From Tubiluchus corallicola (taxonomy: Eukaryota; Animalia; Priapulida), in the NCBI GenBank assembly GCA_030141605.1, contig JAQGDQ010002366.1:442660-506659 (forward strand): a stretch of 64,000 nt of DNA. Reading direction: 5' to 3'. The position numbers and the translations under genes were made by a program. Shown one piece after another: positions 15,001 to 25,399 of this stretch. The notes beneath the pieces are model-generated. The model worked only from the letters and a program-made list of their open reading frames with translations, made no database searches and was not told the DNA's origin. Position 1 is the first letter of the stretch. Every line of letters starts with the position of its first letter.

Positions 15001-17444
15001 ATAAGCCTTTTCACAGTTTTGCTAACCAGGCAACGCATCTTAACTACAACCACGTAGTAGGAGCTACTAGCAAGATCTTGCTTGGGAGCAAGAAAAAATG
15101 AACTAGGTAGGGTTCTAGCTAGCTGTTAAAACTGTTACTATTATAATAGCATGGGCTGCGAAGCATTGTCAAATGTACACAAATGCGTTGCCTGGTTCTC
15201 TTAACCTTTGGCCTTTTCACGATCATCATCAATTGCCGGAACTGTGAAAAGGACCTGTGTATTATACAGGAATGAAACGAATGAAATTTTTGAAAACTAA
15301 CAACAGTACACAAAAACTAACAGCCAGTCAAATGTTGAATGTATTGCATTTTCTAGGGAAACAATGATGATATCATCTTGTCTTGCTGCTTGCATTATTG
15401 TCATGACTATGCCAGGGATTTCATGCCTAAAGATGAAGGTAACTATGTGGATAAATTAAAAACTTATGCAACTGTAGAACTTATGACAGCAATAACACAG
15501 ATTAGTTTTTAACTAACCAAGACCTCACAAAAGGTTTTGCTCATAAATACACTTATAATCAATAATGTGCAAACATCCTACATGGTGTTCATTTATTACC
15601 TTTGCACTTTTTACAAGGTGTTAGGTTTTTCACTAATTTTACTTAATGCAACTGCCTTTCAAACTAAGTTATAGGCAGAGTACAGTGTGATGAATCAGTA
15701 CAATGTATTACATCATTGTAGCTTCCAAATGCGAATCTTTTAAAATGGAACCTTCATTTAACTTGAGGGGTGTCTAGTGGAGGCATTGTAAAAAGTGTCA
15801 TCTTGTATTCTCTTTCCGAAGAACTGTATATCTTGTTCCAATACCCTCACCAGGCGCTTCTAGAACATTTTCTGTACTTGGTGTTCAGTCAAAATTTCGA
15901 AAAGATCAGCAGGTTGAGTCAGGAAAAATACCCATTGCCAGCAGTCGTGGCCCTCCTGCAAATTCCAATTTATACGCCTACTACACCCGTCATTGAACGG
16001 GCTACCCAACTATTACAAGCACTGCCCATGTTCCTATTTCTTAAACTAAGAATTATAAGTTTGAGTGAAGAACTGGCCTAAACTTCCATTTTTGGATGTT
16101 TTTTGCTCCCCGTTCCCTCGTTGGGCCTCAACTTAAAAAATGAACAATCAGTGGGACAACACTAGATCATTGCCTTTCATTTGATATATACAGTATAACA
16201 TCATTATAGGAACCCAGAGAAAAGTACCCTATAACCGAGGTACTCTGTAAGTATACGTGGCCAACATGTATCTGACTACTAGATGGTCACTAAATAAAAG
16301 TGTATAAATAATGTACAATGTGTAACTTTGCAGAGATTGTAAAGTACTTCTAGAAGATCAAGTATCAACTACTTTGTATTATAATCAAATTGAACGAGTA
16401 TTTTACGCATTTTCAAAAAACTAAAACATTAATAAATATTTCATTTTAAATTGCTTGTATATATAATGTGTGGTATATGATCAGTTGTAAATTTGCGTGA
16501 CATGTTAAGTTATTGAGATTCAAAGAAGTCGGTCAATTTCGTCTGCACAAAATTTTAGCTTATCCGTTGTTTTTAATTGATTTTTGCAGCAAAGTATCCG
16601 CAGTAGGGTTCATTACTTTTAAACATCCCAGGAGTGCGCTGTCAGTGTACGTATATGAACTAGGTGCCAAACTGTTTTTATACAGCTAGTAGACAAAATG
16701 GCTTTCGACACGCTATATTAAGAACTCCGGATGCTGCATGTCCAATAACTTTTTTGCAACACCAAGAGTGATGGGTTAAATTTAATTGTAAAATTAATTT
16801 GCAAATAGCTGGCAAAGGTAAAGCAGGCAAATAAAACTTATAATACATAGTAATGCAGGCAATGGGTGCGGCGAAAAGCCCGCAGTGCGCAATAACCAGA
16901 TTTGCTGTATTCAAAGTTTGTTCCGTTTTGTCTGAGTTTGAATTACCAGTGTGTACGCAATAAACTGTGTTTGCTATTTATAATGGTGTTATACTGTAGA
17001 TCACCAAAAACAGTGCAATGATTGGAAAAGTAGTGTAGTCATAGAAACCGTATATACGTAAATCCATCCAAGGTATACTAGCGAAATTAACGTATTAGAT
17101 GGCCAAGGTGATGAAAATGCATAAAAAATCCCACAATTAAAATTATTTCTGTTTCCTTTATTTTTTAAATTTGGAATCTTCTTTCTTCACAAATACACCA
17201 CTGCTGCTGATCACTATAGTGAAGTTTCTTTTATTTTATGTAAAAATAGTTTTCTAATGATAAACGTTGCTTGAATAGAGTTCCTTTTTGCCCAAATTTT
17301 TCATTTTTTGCAGATTCTCCTATAGTAATTCAACGAGAAGTTGTGCTGTTAACGGAAGATAAAAATCTGTGTGTTAAAGCTCATGCTCATAATGTCCCTG
17401 TCACTGATGTCCCACCATTTATCAAGTGGGCAAATGCAAGGTAG
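18..17444 (+). CDS. SMG6: SMG6/EST1A nonsense-mediated decay endonuclease (14-3-3-like/TPR domain + C-terminal PIN domain); 5'-partial, 19 coding exons in window
   Basis: Phase-consistent exons: (18 or 33)-420, 1068-1223, 1497-1599, 2285-2377, 2883-3100, 3752-3830, 4405-4515, 5542-5706, 6941-7002, 7169-7314, 7783-7919, 9593-9714, 10574-10775, 12312-12500, 13408-13536, 13806-13959, 14715-14929, 15357-15438, 17314-17444 (TAG). Spliced product contains LGDIARYKEQ, WYIKAQKLWPKSGRVYNQLALLA, KLDAVYYYMRSLA, FLHAHGKLFTKIGMESF and the PIN motifs LIPDTN, VPLVVINELDGL, GNNDDIILSCCLHYC and VVLLTEDKNL, all recalled as SMG6 signatures. The start codon is upstream of the window. Confidence 0.95.
4915..5132. 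repeat. Tandem repeat, 3 x 71 bp, in a SMG6 intron
   Basis: Unit atttgtttcaaattgaatacctttacagtcatgcataacaaagtttaggcaa(a/g)attttcaca(t/c)tgcaagtg starts at 4915, 4986 and 5057; copies are nearly identical. Confidence 0.9.
8668..9449. mobile_element. Non-autonomous hAT-type DNA transposon (MITE)
   Basis: TIRs CAGGGATGTTACCGAAA ... TTTCGGTAGCAACCCTG; exact 8-bp TSD CTTGTTGG at 8660-8667 and 9450-9457; subterminal TTTCGGT repeats. Confidence 0.85.
11029..11112. repeat. Near-perfect hairpin with 36-bp arms and a 12-nt loop
   Basis: aaaagatacaataataaaaaattacagatgaaacta (11029-11064) is the reverse complement of 11077-11112 with one mismatch. Confidence 0.85.
14377..14610 (+). mobile_element. tRNA-derived SINE
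   Basis: Pol III A-box-like TAGCTCGATGG (14380-14390) and B-box-like GGTTGAACTCC (14423-14433), then a non-tRNA body (gccgagtcatatcgaagacttaaaaatg...) and a (TTA)n tail ending near 14610. Confidence 0.7.
15005..15252. mobile_element. Small MITE-like inverted-repeat element
   Basis: Outer IR CCTTTTCACAGTT (15005-15017) / AACTGTGAAAAGG (15240-15252); inner perfect 15-bp IR AACCAGGCAACGCAT (15024-15038) / ATGCGTTGCCTGGTT (15183-15197). No clear TSD. Confidence 0.55.
16191..16996 (-). mobile_element. Internally deleted pogo/Tigger-like (Tc1-mariner) element
   Basis: TA|CAGTATAACATCATTATA ... TATAATGGTGTTATACTG|TA termini with TA TSD. The minus strand retains a transposase-like C-terminus VQTKLTDFFESQ* (PIP-box consensus at 16522-16548). 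Confidence 0.75.
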
Positions 17445-19241
17445 CACGTCGCAGTTATCTTCTATCCGGTAAACAATTCTAGAATCATCGTTTTGTTATA
17501 AGAATGCTTAGCTCACTTTTGTTATTTATGAAATTATCAAGCAATGTTATACAGTAACTCATTATATATTGCATATCATTAAGTGAAACCGCATTTAAAT
17601 GTGTATCATATAGCAAACTGTGTATCCACTTTTATTAGTAAATTAAGTTTCGAGCTTAAACTGCGTTGGCTTATTAACTCGACGTTTTGACATTCTAATG
17701 TCATTTTTTGAAAAAATATTAATTCTAAAGAATTGCAAGTTTTGCAAGATAGTCTTAGTGTGAAAATTTTGTTTTTCTGTAGTATTATCAACTTCTTTAT
17801 TAAATCAAGTGTTAAACAAGTAAATTTGTTGTTTTTTCTGCTTACACTTGCTAATATTGCATATTTAGATCAATGGTAATAAATAGTAAGCAGTAGTCCA
17901 TAATGCGTACTAGCTTTTGAAAAAATTAAATTATCCAGAAGTAATGATTTTAAAAGTTATTGTTCAAAGAACTATTTTTTAAACTGAATCATAAAACTTT
18001 GATCTTGCTTTGATCAAAATAACATATAAAACATTGAAAATGATAAGCTGCTAGTGAGAAAAACATGTTACGCATCTTCATTGAACTAACTATACCCCTC
18101 TACATTGTTTTTGCACCAGCTGTACATCTGGCCTTTTAGTTACTGGAATTGTTATTCTCTCAATGACAATTTGTTTTTATATTTTAGTACATGTATTTCA
18201 ACAACCCATTTTCAGTTGTATGATTGAAATTACAGTTTAAGGTTCACATTATTTTGGAACAGATTACCATTTTTAGTTGTTACTTTAAAAAGTGATTTTT
18301 TTACTACATCGTATTATTCAAATGTTCACAGTATAAATAAGGATATGGCATTTAGTGAGTCGTGTTTTATATTTGTGGATGTACATTAAATTTCCGTTTG
18401 GTCTGTATACTGTGTTTTGTTTGTACTACAATGTTAAAAATGCTTAGAATCTGGTATGTTGTACAAAAGAAATGCCTACTGGAAAATATTATTTTGATGG
18501 TTTTGAAATTTTATAACGATTACGGAATTGCTTAGCTAAAAATATTCTATAATTAATAGATTTTTATCACTTTTCACAGATAACTGCCATACATTGCCAT
18601 GTGTTATTGTATTCAATAATGTATTTGCATTATTCACAATAAGACAGGATAATAGCTTTTGTCAATATGCCTCACTGACAAAGCAGTGAAAGCACAGTCA
18701 TAAATATACCAAGATAGTCACATTTAGAAGTATTATACACTAGAAATTATTGTATGTTAGGACAATAACGTATTAATAATTATCAGTAACGAAAGTTTAT
18801 GTTATAAACATACAAAAATACACAAAGTTATAATAATGTACACCTATAATAGAACATGCCTTCATTTTAAGTAGATTGTTCACAATGTTTGCTACGCACA
18901 TCATTGAAGCCATTACAAATTTACTTTAATTCCTGTGTAACATTTTGTAGAGGCCAATAAAAGAAGAGAAACGTGGTATTGTGCGTTTTTGACCTATTTG
19001 TTTTTAAGATGATGGCGTTGAACTTTTAATAATTATATTATATGCGATTTTTTTCATTTTGTTAGTTTTACACTTATTTTCAGTACAGTCTAATCCAAGG
19101 TTGTACATTGTTAATGTGGTAGACTTGACTGGATTCTCAAAGGGAAAATGATTCAACAGTATACATGGTGATCCTAACAATATTTTCTATCACTGTACAA
19201 AAAACTTATGTTATAGGACTGTCAGTGTATGTCTAGAGATT

Positions 19242-20276
19242 CTAAAAATTGTCATCACCCAAGTCAATATACACATCATAAGCCTCACGATTACAGTTGC
19301 CATCTTGTGTAAATACATATTTATGAAACGTTCCATTAACACAAATTGCATACACACTACTACCCGAGCCGAAAGCACAGATGCATGCCCGTTCTGCTGC
19401 CACTGTAAAACTGGCCAGACCCCACTGAGACTCCACGTATGTACCAAGAAACCCCATCTTCTGGAAGGTGGATCTTCTATTTAACAGTGTATTTTCAAGT
19501 GCAAAAACATGAACAGTACCTTTATCACTGGAACTACATAGATATGAGGAGTCATTGCTAAAACTGATGCAGTACACTGTAGCTGGATCAGCACCACGTC
19601 GCAACTCTGCAAGCTGTGTCTTCTTAGCCAGGTCAAATACTCGTATAAGAGTGCCTTTACGAGAAGCAGTGGCCACCTTTGTGCCTTGGTGGTTAACAGC
19701 AATGCATGCAATTTCACTCTGATGTGCTTTGATGGTTACCGGAGCTGACGATGCATCGGGCTCTAATTTGTTGAGGTCAACAATCTGCAGGCTACCACAC
19801 TTATGACCGGGAAACACCATGATTGGCTTGTCTTGCAGAGGGCAAATTTCACAGAGTCCTCTCGGATTGTCTCTAGTATCTATCGTTAACAGTTTCTTGG
19901 GATCTTGCGGGAAACTAAAAATATGTATTTGATTGCGAATGACCACAACCATTTTCTCCTTGCGAAGCCGGATGGATATGACAGGTAAAGTGAAGGTAAA
20001 CTCTAAAACAAATTTCTTTTCCAAATCGTCCCAAATCAATACGGTATTTTCAGCATATTTTGGAATAGCACCACCACCAACTATTGCTATCAGGTTTGTC
20101 CTATGCAACATTTCTACAATTCCAAGGCTACCAACAGTTGCAACATCTAATCGCTTCTTCTCCACTAGAGGTTCAACATTGTAGATACGAAGCCCCGTCT
20201 CCATAGCACACGTAAAACAAGAATGGTCACTATTGAATTGTAAGCTTAATACATTAGATCCACTGTGAACACTCAT
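19242..20276 (-). CDS. WDR45: WD repeat domain phosphoinositide-interacting protein 4 (WIPI4, PROPPIN/Atg18 family), 344 aa, uninterrupted CDS
   Basis: Motifs [47 protein letters not shown], the phosphoinositide-binding [26 protein letters not shown] and the C-terminus [13 protein letters not shown] fit WDR45 better than WDR45B or WIPI1/2. A polypyrimidine-AG acceptor at about 20318-20345 indicates a 5'UTR intron. Confidence 0.95.
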   Translation of the reverse strand: MSVHSGSNVLSLQFNSDHSCFTCAMETGLRIYNVEPLVEKKRLDVATVGSLGIVEMLHRTNLIAIVGGGAIPKYAENTVLIWDDLEKKFVLEFTFTLPVISIRLRKEKMVVVIRNQIHIFSFPQDPKKLLTIDTRDNPRGLCEICPLQDKPIMVFPGHKCGSLQIVDLNKLEPDASSAPVTIKAHQSEIACIAVNHQGTKVATASRKGTLIRVFDLAKKTQLAELRRGADPATVYCISFSNDSSYLCSSSDKGTVHVFALENTLLNRRSTFQKMGFLGTYVESQWGLASFTVAAERACICAFGSGSSVYAICVNGTFHKYVFTQDGNCNREAYDVYIDLGDDNF

Positions 20277-20829
20277 GATGCAACCCTGGTAGCAAAAGGC
20301 AGATTGACGATTTCAAACTAGACAAAAAAAAAGAAAACAAAACATCTTTAGGTAAATCTAAAACAGATCTTTGCATTAAATTTCAAGCTCAGATTTAATT
20401 TTGTAAATTTTGAACAATCCTTTACAATTCCTAACAAGTATTTTTCCAAACAAATGCCAGGCTTACAATCTCGTTATTCCTATAATTAAAGCATCAGCTA
20501 CCAATGTTTACTCCATCACTCCATTTATTAATTAATATAATTTACCAGTACCCCAGCACTACAGTTTGACTCTAGTTTGTAATATAATACCAGTTAATTT
20601 ATTGAGTTTGACTAGCATATTTTTCAAGTAATTGGTTTTGACCTATCCACAAAGTACAATACTTGTTTTCGATATGGTTTCTCTGTCTTCCCCATTTATG
20701 TTGTGTACTAATAATCATCAATCAGTTTAAAACTACACTCACAATGTTTTCTCCTCTTAATTAAAGATTTCTTCATTTTTTTCGCTTAGTGCGTTATAGT
20801 TAGTGTGTGTTTTATATTTGGAAACTTCA

Positions 20830-23210
20830 ATTTTCCAATCTGTGGCACCTGGCACCAATTGGAAAATCAGATCATGATGTTGTAAAGATAGGCATTTACG
20901 TGCCAGGAGGCATTTTCAGCAACGAATCTACGGAATGCCAACCTAAAAATTTTTTTAAATTTAACCTCAAAAATGGCAACTATGATGCCCTCAGACAAAA
21001 CTTGCAGACTGGAACATCCAGCTACATTGCAGCATCAAATAGGTCTGGTTAAAATTCAAAAATATACTTCTGGAAGCTATGCAAGAACATATACCAAAAA
21101 TCAATTATAGGTGCAAAGATGATATACTGCACCCATTGTGGAACAAGAACATTGATAAGTTGGTAACTCAGAAAGAAAGAGTGTGGAAGAGGTATCTCTA
21201 CTGCAAAACTGACCAAAACTGGCTAACTTATACAGAATGCAATGAAGAATTAAATAATCTCATAACAGATGCACAATAAAAATACGAAAATAAACTGTCA
21301 ATGGAGTTTAAGGATAACCCTAAGACATTCTGGATGTATGGTATATTAAGAGAAGAGCACATGATGACAACATCAGCATCCCAAACTTTAATAGGCAAGC
21401 ATAATGTGAGTCAAACAGAAGGCACAGTTGCTCAATGCATTTTTCTGTTCAGTATATACTATTGAAGATATGTCAACATTTCTTGTAATAGTGCAAAAAC
21501 AGTGAATAACTCAGCACTTCAAGACATTTATGTTACAGAATCCGAACTACTGTCAATATTAAAGATGAAACCATACGAAGTTGCAGGACCAAACAATATC
21601 TTTTCTAGGCCAGTCTTAGAATCTCTACATGAGGTAGTGCATGCCCTTCAGTTAATAGTCAGCAATTCTATTAAGACTGGAGAAATTCCACACGACTGGA
21701 AGATAGCAACTATAATGCCTCTGCAAAGAAAAGAACCAAGGATGTCCCGGACAATTACAGGTCTAAAGCTTAACTTCGGTTATCGGTAAAATATTAGAAA
21801 CTATAATCAAGAACGTAATACTGGAACAATTTTTTGCTAATAATCGCTTCAACCATTGTCAACATGGATTTTTAAAAGGGCGTTCTTGTATAACAAATCT
21901 GCTGGAAACAATAACGGAATGGTCAACCTTGCAGCAGCTGTCATATACATAGATTTCTGCAAACCATTTGATACAGTTTCTCACACAAGATTGATGGTTA
22001 AATTGGAAAGTTATGGAGTTAAAGGTAACATACTGAACTGTGTGAAGAAGTTTCCTAAAAGCACAGAAGTCAGAAAGTGAAAGTCAATAACAAGTATTCA
22101 GAATGGTCAGATTTAACAGTGGAGTTGTTGTGGGAGCAGTACTTGGATCATTGCTGCTTTTAATCTATGTTACTGACATCTTCGAAATTCCCTGCAGTCC
22201 AATCCTTCTCTTTGTGGATGGTAAATTTTACAGAATTCAGCAATCAGAGCAATATCACAGCATTCTTCAAAAAGACATTTTCCATCTCTACAATTGGTGT
22301 GAACAGTTTCAAATGAGATTCAAACCATCAGTGTCATGTACTACACATAAACAGCAACAAGATGGAAATACCATGTGTGAATTTGGACCTGTACAAGTCG
22401 TATATGTGGACCTTTAATTTGCTTTTCCAAACTTTCCTTTGACAAACATATTTTTGAAAAGGTAAAAACTCCAAAAGGACAATACTCAAAACTTTTAGAT
22501 TCATGGACAGTAATAGGCTTAGAACTATAAAGGCTAACTAATATTTATATATTTTAGTCAGACCTCATCTGGAGTATGCAACTGTAGTATCGGTAATTCA
22601 AGCGATTCACAGCGGCTATTCTAATATTTCTATCAGGCTCCTGTATATCCACATCATAAAGGAGCAAGCCAAAAAGAAAACTGTATCCTGTTACGCTGTT
22701 GTTCTTACACCTCTACATTAAGCCCCATAATTTCTCTAAATTTTATCAGTTGATGCAAGCATTGATTCTTATAGAGTCCCATATATAGAGTCCACATCTT
22801 GTATGTCATCGCAAAGCTATTGATGCAATACAGCAAAGGGCCACCAAATCAGTCCTAGGATTAAAGGATATGAAATATTCAGAAAGACTACGACTACTCA
22901 ATATCCGATCCTTAGAATTCAGAAGGAAAAGAACTGCTCTACTGCAAACATGTTGTTCTCTACATAGCATAGACAAATCCAGTAAAGATCTATTAATACC
23001 TGATGAGAGGATAGGAATTGCCAGGAATCTATGAGGTCACGATAGGAAACTGTTAAAACAACGAGCCAATACCACTAGACACTCAAAATTATATAAGCAT
23101 AGAGTGGTTAATGATTGGAACAATCTCCCAGCGGAGCTAGTAGAGGCCCTATCGATAAATAAGTCTGATTTGGCTAAATTTTACAGTGACCGCCAATACC
23201 AGTACACTTA
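20830..23210 (+). mobile_element. Decayed CR1-group LINE (end of APE domain + RT), many frameshifts
   Basis: Fragments APIGKSDHDVV (APE SDH motif), IPHDWKIATIMP, IYIDFCKPFDTVSH, SGVVVGAVLGSLLLLIYVTD, HLEYATVV, IQQRATK..GLKDMKYSERLRLL, RVVNDWNNLP. An unrelated segment of about 230 bp interrupts it at about 22590-22820. Confidence 0.85.
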
Positions 23211-23335
23211 AATTGGATCTGGATGAGCTTTGTACTGCTCACCACCCAGGTGACAATAATTTTATGAAGCTCAGTCTAGTCAACAATAGGTAAACAAGTC
23301 AGACACAAAAAGTAAAACTTATAAAACTAGTCTGT

Positions 23336-24049
23336 TGGGCACCGAGTAATCCACTAGCCGAAGTAGGACAGTTGGCGTACATGGGCTGCCCAAGTAGGAC
23401 ACTAAGACAGGTCACAAATTGAGTCGTTAACCGTACTGGCAGCACCCGTTGTTCTTGATTATTTAATAATAATAATAATTTAAAATGTCAAAAACATTGA
23501 ATAATTTATTATACATCTGGTAAAATAAAAGAATCTTATTTTGAGTTAGTAAAATGGCCAATATTAAATTTGGCTTCGATATTAATGTTTTTATAGTGAA
23601 ATAAGCCCACTTCTTAGGCGATTCCAACATTTGCTTAAGGTATATCATTTGTATTTGTCTCGCTTCACAGACAGGTGATCCGTTTCACTTGCTCTTGGAC
23701 AAATAATTGTTTTCTACTAAGTAAACGAACTAGCGAGCTATGTGCCATACATAGTTTCTCTATTTAAAGTATTAGACACTTAGTTTAATGTTATGATGAA
23801 GTTATAGGAGCTAATAATGATGATGATATTATTGTAAAAAATACGTTGTAAATTGTCAAGGAGATCCATCATTATTATGAAGTTAATTTTTCTGAAACAA
23901 ATTTAGTTTTACGTTTCATTATCTTATAATTCTCGACAGAAATCGCCAGTATCCTACTTGGGCTGCCCATGTACGACACTGCTTTTCCACAAATTTAGCA
24001 CATTTTAACGGAAGTGTCCTACTTCGGTTAGTGACTTACTCGGCGCCCA
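23336..24049. mobile_element. MITE, copy 1 of a tandem pair
   Basis: TIR of about 35 bp, TGGGCACCGAGTAATCCACTAGCCGAAGTAGGACA / TGTCCTACTTCGGTTAGTGACTTACTCGGCGCCCA; subterminal IR GTACATGGG..CCCAAGTAGGA; AT-rich core; no TSD found. Confidence 0.75.
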
Positions 24050-24077
24050 CATGGTGTAACAAAATAGTCTACGTTGT

Positions 24078-24852
24078 TGGGAGCGGAGTAGGACATCAGC
24101 CGAAGTAGGACTACTCGCGTACATGGGCTAGCTCAAGTAGGACGCGTAGTACATGGACTGCCCAAGTAGGGCACTAGAGACAGGTCACGAATTGAGTCGT
24201 TAACCGTACTGGCAGCGTCAGTTGTAATTGTTTATTTAATAATAATAATAATAATAATAATAATTGAAAACGTCAATACACGTTGAATAATTTATATACA
24301 TCTGATAAAGAATCTTATTCTGAGTTAGTAGAACAGCCAATATCAAATTTGGCTTTGCTATTAATCTTTTTAAAATAAAATAAATTCGCTTTTTAGGCAA
24401 TTGTAACATTTTGCTTAAGGTATTATCATTTTTTATTTTGTCTCGTTTCACAGATATGTGATACTTTTCACTACCTCTTGGACAAATAATTGTTTTCCAT
24501 TAAGTAAATGGGCTAGCGAGCTATGTGTCCTACATAGTTTCTCTTTTTAAAGTATTAGATATTTAGTTTAATATATGATGATATTAATGGAGCTAATAAT
24601 AATGATGATATTATTGTAAAAAAATACATTTGTAAATTGTCACGGACTATCCGTCGTTATTATAAAGTTACTTTTTTCTGAAACAAATTTAGTTTTACAT
24701 TTTATTACGTCATAAATATCGATTCTCGACAGGAATCGCCAATGTCCTACTTGGGCTGTCCATGTACGACTGTACGACACAGCTTTTTCGCAAATTTAGC
24801 ACATGGGTTTTAGCGGAAGTGTTCTACTTCAGCTAATGGCGTACTCCGCGCT
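24078..24852. mobile_element. MITE, copy 2 of a tandem pair (diverged paralogue of 23336-24049)
   Basis: Same TIR and subterminal motifs (GCGGAGTA..AGCCGAAGTAGGA / TTCTACTTCAGCT..TACTCCGC), and the internal sequence is colinear with copy 1 (e.g. aattgagtcgttaaccgtactggcagc, aaacaaatttagttttac). Confidence 0.75.
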
Positions 24853-24919
24853 TTGCATTTGCTTGTCTGTTTGAAGAAACGTTTGCCATATTTTATTTCA
24901 TTTCAGAGCTCTGCAGTTC

Positions 24920-25380
24920 TGCCTAGATGGCAAAGATGCAAGTATCTCGGTAGTCTGCTGGCAACAGAAAATGACATATCAAGACGGAAGATAATGGCAT
25001 TATCAGCTTACTCAAAACTCACAAAAGTTTTTGAGAATAGGAAGATTTCTTTGGAAACAAAAATTAGCCTTAGTTATTCTCAGTCTTAGTTGAAACTGTA
25101 TTTCTGTATAACTCTGAGCTCTGGACATTAAAAGCAAATCATACAGCTGAAAGTGATGCGTTTCAAAGGGTATTAGATGGCCAAAGAAAATTTCTATATA
25201 AGACGCCGTTTAAGATGGATTGGGCATATGCTTAGATTACCTGATAATATTCCAGTGAAGATAGCTCTTCAACAAGCCATAGAACCAGCTAAAAAACCTG
25301 CAGGAGGACAAATGATAACATATTTAGGTTTTGCACAGAAAGATTTAAACACTTCAGCATTAATCCTTAGAGATAAATCC
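24920..25380 (+). mobile_element. RTE-type LINE 3' fragment
   Basis: CKYLGSLL..ENDISRRK..A.SAYSKL..VFENRKISLETKI, FLYNSELWTL and RRRLRWIGHMLRLP are typical of the post-RT region of RTE-clade ORFs. Confidence 0.7.
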
Positions 25381-25399
25381 AGTTAGGGCATTGCGGCGA

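Noticed and set aside
17445-19241. Overlapping convergent 3'UTRs of SMG6 and WDR45
   Set aside because: Several AATAAA/ATTAAA hexamers on both strands allow non-overlapping ends; this cannot be decided without 3'-end data.
19211-20184. Short ORFs overlapping WDR45 (19211-19447, 19481-19717, 19933-20184)
   Set aside because: Alternative-frame or antisense shadows of a real CDS, with no recognisable motifs.
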